Shown here piece by piece: positions 1-9,748 of a stretch of DNA of 64,000 nucleotides; position 1 is the stretch's first letter, and the number at the start of each line of letters is the position of its first letter. The DNA is taken from assembly GCA_963734535.1 (NCBI GenBank), contig CAVTHS010000008.1, positions 160,001-224,000 on the forward strand. The letters run 5' to 3'. This DNA is from an uncultured Chloroflexia bacterium (GTDB lineage Bacteria > Chloroflexota > Limnocylindria > Limnocylindrales > CSP1-4). The notes below the pieces were generated by a model, which worked only from the letters and a program-made list of their open reading frames with translations, made no database searches and was not told the DNA's origin. A program made the translations under genes and the position numbers.

Positions 1-487
1 TCCTCCGGACCACGCCCACGACGGCGACGCCGATCCCGACCACCGGTTCGGCTGCGGGGCGCCGGTCGAGGAGCGTACGGGCCAGCCCCGTCAAGTCGGC
101 CGCGATCTCGTCGACGCTCGAGTGCCCACGAGACCGCTCGATCCGGACGCGCGCCAGGGTCCTGCCGCCAAGCCCGACGATCGCCGCGGCAAGCGAGTCC
201 ACGGCAATATCGAGGGCCACGACGACGGCGCTCCCCGCCACGAGCCGGACGACCGGCGACGGCCGTCCCGGCGTCCCGAGCCTCGTGGCCGGCCCTTCTG
301 CCGCGAGGCCTGCGTGGACAAGCTCGCCCACGAGGCTGCGGATCGCGCTCCGGGTGAGGCCGGTCCGTGCGACGAGCTCCGACCGGGAGAGCGCCCCGCG
401 GGCGTGGAGCTCACGGACGATCGCCCCGAGGTTCGCCCGGCGCACGGTCTCGCTGCGCTGCCCGATCTCGACCGGTCCGACTGTCAC
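1..487 (-). CDS. ROK-family transcriptional regulator, 5' part (runs off the window edge)
   Basis: Manual translation, not in the ORF track: GTG at 487 after SD GGAGAGG; MTVGPVEIGQRSETVRRANLGAIVRELHARGALSRSELVARTGLTRSAIRSLVGEL (wHTH), then GRP and VVALDIAVD, the start of the ROK domain. Confidence 0.9.
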   Translation of the reverse strand, partial: MTVGPVEIGQRSETVRRANLGAIVRELHARGALSRSELVARTGLTRSAIRSLVGELVHAGLAAEGPATRLGTPGRPSPVVRLVAGSAVVVALDIAVDSLAAAIVGLGGRTLARVRIERSRGHSSVDEIAADLTGLARTLLDRRPAAEPVVGIGVAVVGVVRR

Positions 488-491
488 TGGG

Positions 492-512
492 TTTGTGTTC
501 CTCTCCACCAAA
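492..512. promoter_or_regulatory. Candidate ROK operator
   Basis: TTTGTG-N9-ACCAAA imperfect inverted repeat resembling XylR/NagC-type sites; overlaps the SD of the ROK gene in the divergent intergenic region. Confidence 0.3.
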
Positions 513-619
513 TCTGCGTGGTAGGCTCGTACGTGATCGCGGCCGTGTCAAGACGCAATTTGCAGACCGCCCGGGATGCCGCGGGGCTCCCGCGGCGGAG
601 GCAGATCGAGGACCTGGTG

Positions 620-1609
620 ATGACGAGGCTCCGCTGGGGAATCCTGGGCCCGGGTCGCATTGCTCCACGGCTTGTCCGGGCCGTCGGCGGGTGCGCGCGC
701 GCGGAGCTGGCGGCCGTCGCCAGCCGCGACCCAGCCAGGGCCAGGTCCTTCGCCGGCGTGCATTCCATTCCGGTGGTGTACGACTCCTACGATTCCCTGC
801 TTTCCTCGCCGGACGTGGACGTCGTCTACGTGGCGCTTCCCAACCACCTGCACGCGGAATGGACGATCCGGGCGCTGGCTGCCGGCAAGCACGTGCTGTG
901 CGAGAAGCCGCTTGCGCTGAGCGTCGCCGAGGTCGACGCGATCGCCGATGCCTCGGCGCGCGCCGGGCGGCTCGTGGTCGAGGGCTTCATGTACCTCCAC
1001 CACCCCCAGGTCCTCCGCGCGATCGAGCTCGCGCGTGGCGGCGCGCTCGGTCACCTCGAGCTCGTGAACGGGACGTTCTCGTTCTTCCTCACCCATCCCG
1101 GCGACCCGCGGATCGACCCGTCGATGGGCGGCGGCTCCCTGTGGGACGTCGGCTGCTATCCGGTGAGCCTGGCGCGGCGGATCGCGGGCGAGGAGCCGGA
1201 CGGCGTGGGTGCCTTCGCCCGCTTCGATGAGCGCGGCGTCGACCGGACGTTCATCGGCCAGCTGCACTTTCCCGGCGGCCTGCTCGCCCAGTTCGACTGT
1301 GGCTTCGCGGCCCCTGATCGCGAGCGCGTGGAGATCGTCGGCAGCGACGCCACGCTCGTCCTTGCGAGCCCGTTCCTCCCGGCTCCGGATGGGCCGCCTC
1401 CCGTGGTGACGATGCGGCGCGGGCGCGACGAGTCGCCGGTGGACGTGCCGTCGATTGACCAGTACCAGGCAGAGGTCGAAGACCTGACGGCCGCGATCCT
1501 CGACGGGACCCGGCCCCGGCTTGACCTTGCCTTCAGTCGCGGTAGCATCGCGACACTCGTCGACCTGGACACGGCTGCGCGCGGCCATCTCGGGTCGGCC
1601 ACCGGTTGA
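620..1609 (+). CDS. Gfo/Idh/MocA family NAD(P)-dependent oxidoreductase
   Basis: LRWGILGPGRIA Rossmann start; YVALPNHLH, GKHVLCEKP and GGGSLWDVGCY motifs. Confidence 0.92.
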   Translation: MTRLRWGILGPGRIAPRLVRAVGGCARAELAAVASRDPARARSFAGVHSIPVVYDSYDSLLSSPDVDVVYVALPNHLHAEWTIRALAAGKHVLCEKPLALSVAEVDAIADASARAGRLVVEGFMYLHHPQVLRAIELARGGALGHLELVNGTFSFFLTHPGDPRIDPSMGGGSLWDVGCYPVSLARRIAGEEPDGVGAFARFDERGVDRTFIGQLHFPGGLLAQFDCGFAAPDRERVEIVGSDATLVLASPFLPAPDGPPPVVTMRRGRDESPVDVPSIDQYQAEVEDLTAAILDGTRPRLDLAFSRGSIATLVDLDTAARGHLGSATG

Positions 1610-1637
1610 GCAGGATCTTGACGCCCGTCATGGCGTG

Positions 1638-3617
1638 ATGGAGACAACCTTGGACGCACCCACGCCGACGGACCCGTTGGCGTCGACAGACCCCGCGGCG
1701 CCGACGGACACGGCCCCGCCGACGGGCCTGTCCATCCCGCCGCGGAGATCGCGGGGATCCCGGCGCATGCTCGCGGCGGCCGCGGCGGTCGGCGTGATCC
1801 TCGTCGCGTCCGGGCTTTTCATCGCCCGGCCATGGACGCAGCCGCCCTCGTGCACCGCGATCGTGAACCACCCGGAGTGGTCGGTCGCTCGACGCTGGGA
1901 CGAAGCCGCGCTCGACGCAATCCGGCGCGCGCTCCCTGCACCGACTGTCCATGCCCGGAACCTGTTCCACCTGTCGGCAGCGATGTGGGACGCCTGGGCG
2001 GCGTACGACCCGACGGCATCGGGCTACTTCGTCCACGAGAAGCAGACCGCCTCCGACGTGACCGCGGCCCGCAACGAGGCGATCAGCTACGCAGCCTTTC
2101 GCCTGCTCACCGGGCGCTACATCAAGGCCGTCGGCGCCGACAAGGATCTCTCCGAGTTCGACGATCTCATGGATGCGCTCTGCTACCCGCTCGACGTGAC
2201 GACCACCACGGGCAGCTCGCCGGCCGCCGTCGGGAACCGGATCGCCCAGGCAGCCATCGCCTACGGGCTGGCCGACGGGTCGAACCAGGCGACGGGATAC
2301 GACGACCCCGGCTACAAGCCCCAGAACCCACCCCTCGTCGTGGCGAAGCCGGGCACGATCATGACGGACCCGAACCGCTGGCAGCCCCTCCAGATCGAGC
2401 ACATGATCTCGCAGAACGGGATCCCGGTCGTGAATGGCGTCCAGCAGGCCGTGGGCACGGTCTGGGGTCACGTCAAGGGGTTCGCCCTGCCTGATGGCGG
2501 GGCCACGGGCGTGCCGATCGATCCTGGCCCGCCGCCCCGCATCGGCGACCCGGCGACCGACCAGGCGATCAAGGACCAGGTCGTGGAGGTGATCCGCGAC
2601 AGCAGCCGGCTCGACCCGGCGGAGACCGCCACGATCGACATCTCGCCCGGCGTGCGCGGCAACAACACGCTCGGGACCAACGACGGCAGCGGCCATCCAA
2701 TCGACCCGGCGACCGGCTCGCCCTACCCGCCGAACGTGGTCAACGAGGGCGACTTCGGGCGGGTCATGGCGGAGTTCTGGGCGGATGGCCCGAACTCGGA
2801 GACGCCGCCGGGGCACTGGAACGTGCTCGCCAACCTGACATCCGACGAGCTGTCCCCGGGGCTCATGATCGGGGGCCGGGGTCCCGTGGTGGACCGGCTC
2901 CAGTGGGACGTCAAGCTCTACTTCGCCCTCAACGGTGCCGTCCATGACGCGGGCATCGCCGCGTGGGGGCTGAAGGGCTACTACGATTCGGTCCGGCCGA
3001 TCTCGATGGTCCGCTACATGGGCGGTCTCGGCCAGTCGAGCGACCCGGGCCTGCCGTCCTACAGCAAGGAGGGCCTTCCGCTCGTCCCGAACCTGATCGA
3101 GCTCATCACGAGGGCGTCGACTGCGCCGGGTCAGCGCCATGCGGCACTCGCCGGCCATGAGGGACAGATCGCGATCCGGGCCTGGGCCGGCACCCCGAAG
3201 GACCCGAAGACGCAGGTCGGCGGCGTCACCTGGATCCTGGCCGTGGACTGGGTGCCGTATCAGCTCCCCACGTTCGTGACGCCGGCCTTCCCCGGATATG
3301 CGTCCGGGCACAGCTCCTTCAGCCGGGCCGCCGCCGAGGTGCTGGTCGGCTTCACGGGCAGCGAGTACTTCCCCGGCGGCACCAGCGGCTACACGATCAA
3401 GGCGGGATCGCTCAAGTTCGAGGCTGGCCCGACGAGCGACATCCGGCTGGAGTGGGCGACCTACTACGACGCCTCGGACCAGGCGGGCCAGTCGCGGCTG
3501 TGGGGCGGAATCCACATCCAGGCGGATGACTTCACCGGGCGCGAGCTCGGTTCCGCGTGCGGCAAGGCCGCCTGGACGGTCGCGCAGCGGTACTACGACG
3601 GCTCGGCTGGCTCATGA
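1638..3617 (+). CDS. Vanadium-dependent haloperoxidase-like / PAP2-superfamily protein with N-terminal membrane anchor
   Basis: Vanadate/phosphate-binding motifs KGYYDSVRP, TPAFPGYASGHS and SRLWGGIH; hydrophobic segment LAAAAAVGVILVASGLFIA; an in-frame GTG at 1635 is an alternative start. Confidence 0.85.
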   Translation: METTLDAPTPTDPLASTDPAAPTDTAPPTGLSIPPRRSRGSRRMLAAAAAVGVILVASGLFIARPWTQPPSCTAIVNHPEWSVARRWDEAALDAIRRALPAPTVHARNLFHLSAAMWDAWAAYDPTASGYFVHEKQTASDVTAARNEAISYAAFRLLTGRYIKAVGADKDLSEFDDLMDALCYPLDVTTTTGSSPAAVGNRIAQAAIAYGLADGSNQATGYDDPGYKPQNPPLVVAKPGTIMTDPNRWQPLQIEHMISQNGIPVVNGVQQAVGTVWGHVKGFALPDGGATGVPIDPGPPPRIGDPATDQAIKDQVVEVIRDSSRLDPAETATIDISPGVRGNNTLGTNDGSGHPIDPATGSPYPPNVVNEGDFGRVMAEFWADGPNSETPPGHWNVLANLTSDELSPGLMIGGRGPVVDRLQWDVKLYFALNGAVHDAGIAAWGLKGYYDSVRPISMVRYMGGLGQSSDPGLPSYSKEGLPLVPNLIELITRASTAPGQRHAALAGHEGQIAIRAWAGTPKDPKTQVGGVTWILAVDWVPYQLPTFVTPAFPGYASGHSSFSRAAAEVLVGFTGSEYFPGGTSGYTIKAGSLKFEAGPTSDIRLEWATYYDASDQAGQSRLWGGIHIQADDFTGRELGSACGKAAWTVAQRYYDGSAGS

Positions 3618-3648
3618 GGGCGGTCTTCTCGATCGGGTGGCGGTCCGG

Positions 3649-5313
3649 GTGACGAGGCCCGGGCGCCGGACGACCGTGCTCATCGCGGGTGCCGTGGCGT
3701 TGGCACTGATCGGCGCCACGGGCCTGGCCCTCACCCTGGGCCGGGGAACCTCTCGCACGGCCGCCCTGGGTCCGCCGCACTTCCTGGACGAGACGTCGAC
3801 CTCCGGGATCGAGCACACCTACCGGGGGGATCCTCCGCTCGAGGTCGGCGGCGGCGTCGCCGTGATCGACTGCAGCGGCGACGGCCGGCCAAGCCTCTAC
3901 CTCGCCGGCGGGGCCGCGCCCGCGGCGCTCTATCGCAACGACAGCGCCGTCGGCGGCGCGCTGCGGTTCACGCGGCTCCCGGACCCGGCGACCGACCTCA
4001 CCGACGTCACGGGCGCCTATCCGATCGACATCGACGGCGACGGCGTGGCGGACCTCGTGGTCCTGCGAAAGGGCGAGACCGTCATCCTGCGCGGCCTGGG
4101 TGGTTGCCGATTCGAGCGTGCGAACGAGCGCTGGTCCTTTGCTCCCGGGAGCGGCCTCGCCACCGCCTTCAGCGCGACCTGGGAAGGCACGGCAGCCCTG
4201 CCGACGCTGGCCCTGGGCCAGTACCTGCGACTCGACGCGTCGGGGGCGTCCACCCAGGACTGCGCCGACAACGCCCTGTTCCGGCCGAACGTCTCCGGGA
4301 CGGGCTACGGCCCGCCGATCACGCTGGCCCCGGGCTACTGCGCCCTCTCGATGCTGTTCAGCGACTGGGACCTCTCGGGCCGGGCCGACCTCCGGATCAG
4401 CAACGATGACAACTACTTCGACCCGGCGAACGGCGGGGAGCAGCTGTGGCGGGTCGCACCCGCTGAACCCCCTCGCCTCTACACGGACGCGGACGGCTGG
4501 GTGCGCGTCGCCGTCGCGGGCATGGGGATTGCCTCCTACGACGTGACGGGGGACGGCTATCCCGACGTGTTCCTGACGAGCCAGGGAGACAACCGGCTCC
4601 AGACGCTGACCTCCGGGCCGAGCCAGCCGACCTACCGCGACATCGGGGCCAAGCGGGGCGTGAATGCCGCCCAGCCGTTCACGGGCGGGGACGCCCTGCC
4701 CTCCACCGCCTGGCACCCTGAGTTCCAGGACGTCAACAACGATGGCCTGATCGACCTGTTCATCTCCAAGGGAAATGTCGGTGCCCAGCTCGACCACGCC
4801 CGGACGGACCCGAACAACCTGCTGCTGGGCCAGCCCGACGGGACCTTCACGGAGGCGGCCGATCGGGCCGGCGTCCTGAACGCCGAGCGGGGCCGGGGGG
4901 CGGCCCTGGCGGACTTCAACCTGGACGGCATGCTCGACCTCGTCGAGGTGAACTACGGGTCGCCGGTCAAGGTCTGGCGAAACCTGGGCTCGGGCGATTC
5001 GGTTCACCCTGCCCCGCTCGGGAGCTGGCTGGGCCTGCGCCTCGACGAGCCCGGCCCGAACCGCGACGCCATCGGCTCCTGGATCGAGGTCAAGGTCGGC
5101 GACCTGACGCTGCGCCGCGAGGTGACCGTCGGCGGCGGTCACGCGAGCGGTCAGCTCGGCTGGGTCCATTTCGGGCTTGGCCCGGCGAGTGGAGCGCAGG
5201 TCCGCGTCAGGTGGCCGGACGGGGAGACGGGGCCGTGGCTCCAGGTCAGTGCCAACGGCTTCTACGACATCGATCGGGGCGCCGCCGCCCCACGCCCGTG
5301 GCTCCCCCGGTAG
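3649..5313 (+). CDS. CRTAC1-like protein (FG-GAP/VCBS repeats plus ASPIC/UnbV domain), N-terminal membrane anchor
   Basis: Repeated DxDGDG-type Ca-binding motifs (DIDGDGVADL, DVTGDGYPDV, DVNNDGLIDL, DFNLDGMLDL); C-terminal NRDAIGSWIEV...HFGLG...VRVRWPDG. Confidence 0.88.
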   Translation: MTRPGRRTTVLIAGAVALALIGATGLALTLGRGTSRTAALGPPHFLDETSTSGIEHTYRGDPPLEVGGGVAVIDCSGDGRPSLYLAGGAAPAALYRNDSAVGGALRFTRLPDPATDLTDVTGAYPIDIDGDGVADLVVLRKGETVILRGLGGCRFERANERWSFAPGSGLATAFSATWEGTAALPTLALGQYLRLDASGASTQDCADNALFRPNVSGTGYGPPITLAPGYCALSMLFSDWDLSGRADLRISNDDNYFDPANGGEQLWRVAPAEPPRLYTDADGWVRVAVAGMGIASYDVTGDGYPDVFLTSQGDNRLQTLTSGPSQPTYRDIGAKRGVNAAQPFTGGDALPSTAWHPEFQDVNNDGLIDLFISKGNVGAQLDHARTDPNNLLLGQPDGTFTEAADRAGVLNAERGRGAALADFNLDGMLDLVEVNYGSPVKVWRNLGSGDSVHPAPLGSWLGLRLDEPGPNRDAIGSWIEVKVGDLTLRREVTVGGGHASGQLGWVHFGLGPASGAQVRVRWPDGETGPWLQVSANGFYDIDRGAAAPRPWLPR

Positions 5314-5335
5314 ACACGACGGAGAGGGAAGGACC

Positions 5336-6730
5336 GTGATTGGAGCGGCACGCCTGGGAGAGGTCGGCCTCCCGGATTTCGGGATGCCGGCGACGAGACC
5401 GGAGGTCCCGGCGGCCCGGTACCAGGAACGGGTCGCTGCGCTCCGCGGGCGGGCGATGGCGCGCGGCTACGACCGGCTCGTGGTGTACGCCGATCGCGAG
5501 CACAGCGCCAACCTGGCCTACCTGACCGGGTTCGACCCACGCTTCGAGGAGGCGATCCTCGTGCTCGGGGCGACCGGCGAGCCGGCCATCCTGGTCGGGA
5601 ACGAGTGCTATGGCATGGCGGGCGCTGCTCCACTCCCGATGCGACGGGTCCTCTTCCAGGACCTCAGCCTGCCGGGCCAGCCCCGCGATCGGTCGCGGCC
5701 GCTCGGCGAGATCCTGGCCGACGAGGGCGTGGAGCCGGGAAGCCGCATCGGGATCGTCGGGTGGAAGACCTATTCGCAGCGGAGCACGATCGACGTTCCC
5801 GCGTACATCGTGGACGAGCTGCGCTCGATCCTGGGCCCGGCCGGCACGCTCGAGAACGCGACCGACCTGCTGATCGACGCTGCGGATGGGCTGCGGGTGA
5901 TCAACGATGTGGACCAGCTGGCGGTGTTCGAGCACGCGGCCTGCCAGACGTCCGACGGGGTCCGCCGGCTGCTGTTCGGCCTGGAGCCGGGGATGACCGA
6001 GGCGGAAGCCGTGCGGCTGCTCCGCTGGAACGGGATGCCCCTCTCCTGCCACCTGATGCTGACCGCTGGACCGCGGGCGGCGCTCGGGCTCCTGAGCCCG
6101 GGCGACCGGCGGATCGAACGGGGAGACCCGTTGACGGTCGCGTTCGGCGTCTGGGGCGCGCTCACCTGCCGGGCAGGTTTCGTCGTCGCAGGCGCGGACG
6201 AGCTTCCGGCTGGGTCCCGGGACTATGTCGAGCGCCTGGTCGCCCCGTACTTCGAGGCGGTCGCCGGATGGTACGAGGCGCTGGGCATCGGCACGACCGG
6301 CGGCGCCCTCCAGGAGATCGTCGATCGTCACCTGTCCGATCCGTTCTTCGGTGTCTCCCTGAATCCCGGCCACCAGCTCCACCTGGACGAATGGGTGAAC
6401 TCGCCGGTTGGCCCGGGATCCACGATCGCCCTGCGCTCCGGGATGTGCCTGCAGGCGGACATCATCCCGGCGACCGGGACTGGCTACTTCACGACGAACA
6501 TCGAGGACGGCGTCGCCCTCGCCGACGCGCCCCTCCGCGCGGCGTTCCGGGATCGCTATCCGGACGCGTGGCGCCGCATCCAGGCACGTCGCCGATTCAT
6601 GGACGAGGCCCTTGGGATCGCCCTGCGCCCGGAGGTCCTGCCGCTGTCGAACCTGGCGGGATTCCTGCCGCCGTTCCTGCTCCGGCCGGGGCTCGCGATG
6701 ACACGTGCCGGAAGAGGTCACCAGGCGTGA
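5336..6730 (+). CDS. M24 (Xaa-Pro aminopeptidase/creatinase) fold protein
   Basis: Creatinase-like N-domain (ANLAYLTGF); C-terminal PGHQLHLDEW, LQADIIP, TNIEDG; SD GGAAGGA before the GTG. Confidence 0.75.
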   Translation: MIGAARLGEVGLPDFGMPATRPEVPAARYQERVAALRGRAMARGYDRLVVYADREHSANLAYLTGFDPRFEEAILVLGATGEPAILVGNECYGMAGAAPLPMRRVLFQDLSLPGQPRDRSRPLGEILADEGVEPGSRIGIVGWKTYSQRSTIDVPAYIVDELRSILGPAGTLENATDLLIDAADGLRVINDVDQLAVFEHAACQTSDGVRRLLFGLEPGMTEAEAVRLLRWNGMPLSCHLMLTAGPRAALGLLSPGDRRIERGDPLTVAFGVWGALTCRAGFVVAGADELPAGSRDYVERLVAPYFEAVAGWYEALGIGTTGGALQEIVDRHLSDPFFGVSLNPGHQLHLDEWVNSPVGPGSTIALRSGMCLQADIIPATGTGYFTTNIEDGVALADAPLRAAFRDRYPDAWRRIQARRRFMDEALGIALRPEVLPLSNLAGFLPPFLLRPGLAMTRAGRGHQA

Positions 6731-7386
6731 CGGTCCAGACCGAGCTGCTGGAGCTCGCCGATTGGCGGCGCCGGATCGCCGAGCTCTACGCGGAGATCCG
6801 GCGGGCATGGGCCGCGAATCCGGCCGCCGCGCACGCGACCTGGCGCCGTGAGCGCGAGGCGCTCTACCGGGGCCACCCGGCCTCGCCTGTGCCCACCGGT
6901 GAGCGCGATGGGTTCCGCGCGCTTCACTGGCCCTACGCGGATGCGTGGCGCCGGACGGCGCTGCTCGAGGAACCGGCCGGGCCTGCGATCGGCGTTCACG
7001 CCCCGGGCGGCGCCGTCCCGTCGATCTCGCTCATCCCGTCGAGCGTCGGCGCACCGCCGCCGCTCGAGCTGGTCGGTCGCGTGGCGCTCGCGGTCGCGGG
7101 CGGGACGGCCCGGCTGCCGGTGCTCCAGCTGCTGGAGTACGCGGGAGGCATCTTCCTGCCGTTCGGGGACGCCACGAATGGCGGGGCGACCTATGGCGCC
7201 GGGCGCTACCTGCTCGACACGGCGAAGGGTGCGGACCTCGGGGCCACGGACGGCGGCGCGCTCGTCCTCGACTTCAACTTCGCGTACCAGCCGTCGTGCG
7301 CCTTCGATCCTCGCTGGGCCTGCCCCCTGGCACCCCCGGAGGCACGCCTCGCGATCGCGATCGAGGCCGGCGAACGAATCCGGTAG
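6727..7386 (+). CDS. DUF1684 family protein
   Basis: LPFGDATNG..TYGAGRYL..LDFNFAYQPSCAF..WACPLAPPE signature; GTGA overlap with the upstream gene. Confidence 0.88.
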   Translation: MTVQTELLELADWRRRIAELYAEIRRAWAANPAAAHATWRREREALYRGHPASPVPTGERDGFRALHWPYADAWRRTALLEEPAGPAIGVHAPGGAVPSISLIPSSVGAPPPLELVGRVALAVAGGTARLPVLQLLEYAGGIFLPFGDATNGGATYGAGRYLLDTAKGADLGATDGGALVLDFNFAYQPSCAFDPRWACPLAPPEARLAIAIEAGERIR

Positions 7387-7398
7387 ACCGCCGCCACC

Positions 7399-7473
7399 CG
7401 ATCAGCCGCCGAGCAATCGGTCGTGGAGCACCTGCCGCTGCGCGATCGGCCGGGGAGCGATCAGCCGCCGAGC
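7399..7473. repeat. 16-bp direct repeat at a convergent gene junction
   Basis: CGATCAGCCGCCGAGC at 7399-7414 and 7458-7473; the second copy contains the DoxD-Rieske stop codon. Confidence 0.7.
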
Positions 7474-8606
7474 GTGATCGCCCCGGTCGCCTGGTTGACC
7501 ACGATCGGCAGCGCTGCCAGCGGGACGGGCGCGGGACCCTGCAGGACGTCGGCGTTGTGGGTCGGATCGAAGACCGCCCCATGGCAGGGGCAGCCCAGGA
7601 GGCCCGATGGCGGGTCGTATTCGACCGTGCAGCCCGCGTGCGTGCAGACCGCGTCGAACGCCACGACCGAGCCGTTGGCGAGCCGGATCAGGATGCCCGG
7701 GTCCCCGCTGGTCGGATCGACGAACGGAAGGGCGGTCCGCGGCTTCAGGCTTGTCAACGTGGCGAGCTGGCCGGCGGCGGGGGGCGCCGCGCTGGCCGGG
7801 GGCCCCGACGCGGCCGCGATCGTTGGGCTCGGCGATCCCCCCGTCGTTCCCACCCCGGGCGTCGGAGAGACGCCCGGGACCGCGACGCTCGTGTCGGAAC
7901 CCCGGAGGTCGGAACCCCGGAACAGGGCGCCCCACATGCCCCCAACGCCCGCCACAACGACCGCTGCAGCCGCAAGGATTCCGCCCTGGAGGACTGCCCG
8001 GCGGCCCGGCGACGCCTCCGCGGAATCGCCGTCCGGCTCGAAGCCGGCCAGGAACGGGATGCGCAGGACGGCGAGCCCACCGTGGCCGGCGAGCGCGAGC
8101 GTCAGCCACCCGGCGGCATACGGGAGGTCCGGGCCGTAGTAGTACGGGTGGACGGTCCACGACGCCGTCAGCCAGAAGAGCAGCGAGATCGCCGCGCCAG
8201 CTGCCGCGCTGGCCCGGTAGAGCAGGCCGGTCAGCGCCCCCAGGCCGATCGCGATCTCCGCGAGCGCCATGAGGAACCCGATCAGGACGGGGAACGGGAG
8301 GGCAAACACCGTCACGAGTCCCGCCAGCGGACTCGCGTGCGTGAAGCCGGTCAGCTGGTCCCCGATCGATCCCGGCCCGGTCGCCTGGAGGAAGCGCGGG
8401 TCGACCAGCTTGTCGAGGCCCGCATACACGAACGTGGCACCCACGAAGAACCGGAGCGGCAGCAGCGCCACGAAGAGGTTCCGGGATGATGTCGCCGCGG
8501 GCGCGGAGGCAGCCCTCGCTCGTGCGGGGTTCACCGGGCGCATCTGGGTGTCGGCACCCGGCATGGGGCGCAGGCTCACGGGTCGGCGGCGATCGCGGCG
8601 GCTCAT
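7461..8606 (-). CDS. DoxD/DoxX (TQO small subunit-like) membrane domain fused to a Rieske [2Fe-2S] domain
   Basis: LLPLRFFVGATFVYAGLDKL DoxX start, AEIAIGLG, YYYGPDL; Rieske boxes CTHAGC and CPCHG; SD AGAGGAG. Confidence 0.88.
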   Translation of the reverse strand: MSRRDRRRPVSLRPMPGADTQMRPVNPARARAASAPAATSSRNLFVALLPLRFFVGATFVYAGLDKLVDPRFLQATGPGSIGDQLTGFTHASPLAGLVTVFALPFPVLIGFLMALAEIAIGLGALTGLLYRASAAAGAAISLLFWLTASWTVHPYYYGPDLPYAAGWLTLALAGHGGLAVLRIPFLAGFEPDGDSAEASPGRRAVLQGGILAAAAVVVAGVGGMWGALFRGSDLRGSDTSVAVPGVSPTPGVGTTGGSPSPTIAAASGPPASAAPPAAGQLATLTSLKPRTALPFVDPTSGDPGILIRLANGSVVAFDAVCTHAGCTVEYDPPSGLLGCPCHGAVFDPTHNADVLQGPAPVPLAALPIVVNQATGAITLGG

Positions 8607-8687
8607 CTGCTCCTCTTGGGCGGGGTGGCGAGGCCCATCATGCCCGGTCGAGGGCTCGAAGCCGGTTTCGGCCCGATTGAGATTCGG

Positions 8688-9218
8688 CTACGCGCGTCGG
8701 GCGGCCGAGAGCGCGACGACGAGCTCCCGGCAGAACGCCGGAATGTCGTCGACGACGCGGCCCCAGACAAGGGACCCGTCCCGGAACGCGGCCTCGTCGA
8801 CCCACGTCGCCCCCGCGTTCACGAGGTCGTCGCGGATCCCGAGCGAGCCCGTCGCGCGTCCGCCGGCCACGATGCCGGCCGAGATCGCGATGAGGCCTCC
8901 GTGGCAGATGATCCCGATCGGGCGCCCCGCCGCGTGCACCGTCCGGACCAGGTCCAGGATCGCCGGGTAGCGCCGCAGCTTGTCGGGCATCCAGCCGCCG
9001 GGCAGGACGAGCCCGTCGAGGCTCGCGGCGTCGACGTCGCCCACCGACGCATCGACGCCGACCGCAAGCCCGTTCTTCCCGTGCACGGTCCCCGGAGCGA
9101 GGCCGATGCTGGTCACGCGTGCGCCCTCCTCGCGGAGCCGCATGACCGTGACCCAGAACTCGAGATCCTCGACGCCCTCCCCGGCAAGAACCCCGACGTG
9201 CATCCCGTCGAGCTGCAT
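8688..9218 (-). CDS. DJ-1/PfpI family protein (type 1 glutamine amidotransferase-like)
   Basis: EDLE, LVLPGG..PDKLR and the nucleophile elbow ICHG; SD AGGAGG. Confidence 0.92.
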   Translation of the reverse strand: MQLDGMHVGVLAGEGVEDLEFWVTVMRLREEGARVTSIGLAPGTVHGKNGLAVGVDASVGDVDAASLDGLVLPGGWMPDKLRRYPAILDLVRTVHAAGRPIGIICHGGLIAISAGIVAGGRATGSLGIRDDLVNAGATWVDEAAFRDGSLVWGRVVDDIPAFCRELVVALSAARRA

Positions 9219-9310
9219 GGTGTACCTCCTGCGACGAGGATACGCCGGCGGCAGGACCGGACGTGACGCCGGACGCGTCGCGTCCGGCGCGGCTCGCGTA
9301 CCATCCGGTC

Positions 9311-9748
9311 ATGCTCGAGGTGCCGGCACTCCCCGATCGCGTTCGCGCGTTCATCGCGGCGCCCGGCCGCTTCGCGACGCTCGCGACGCTCGACCCCGGC
9401 GGCGCGCCCCGGCAGGCGATCGTCTGGTATCGCCTCGACCCGGACGGGCTGCTCATGATCAACAGCGCCGACGGGCGACGCTGGCCGGCGAACATGCGTC
9501 GCGACCCGCGGGTCGCGCTCGCGATCGCAACTGCGGGAGACGGCTACCGCTGGGTGGGGCTCGACGCCGAGGTCGCGGAGATCGTCGACGACCAGGCGAT
9601 CGCCCAGGCCGACATCGCTGATCTTGCCCGGCGATACCACCCGGACGATCCGGCCGAGGTCGACGCCAGCCTCGCCCGCTTCCAGGCCCAGCGGCGCGTC
9701 ACGTTCCGGCTCCGGGTCACCTCGCTCCACGATCACCTCGACGGGTGA
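9311..9748 (+). CDS. PPOX-class (split-barrel) F420-dependent oxidoreductase
   Basis: FATLATLDPGGAP..VWY..NMRRDPRVAL; F420 cluster context; TACCAT 6 nt upstream suggests a leaderless start. Confidence 0.85.
   Translation: MLEVPALPDRVRAFIAAPGRFATLATLDPGGAPRQAIVWYRLDPDGLLMINSADGRRWPANMRRDPRVALAIATAGDGYRWVGLDAEVAEIVDDQAIAQADIADLARRYHPDDPAEVDASLARFQAQRRVTFRLRVTSLHDHLDG

Noticed and set aside
122-619. 166-aa N-terminal extension of the Gfo/Idh/MocA ORF
   Set aside because: It overlaps the ROK gene on the opposite strand; the Rossmann fold begins at ATG 620
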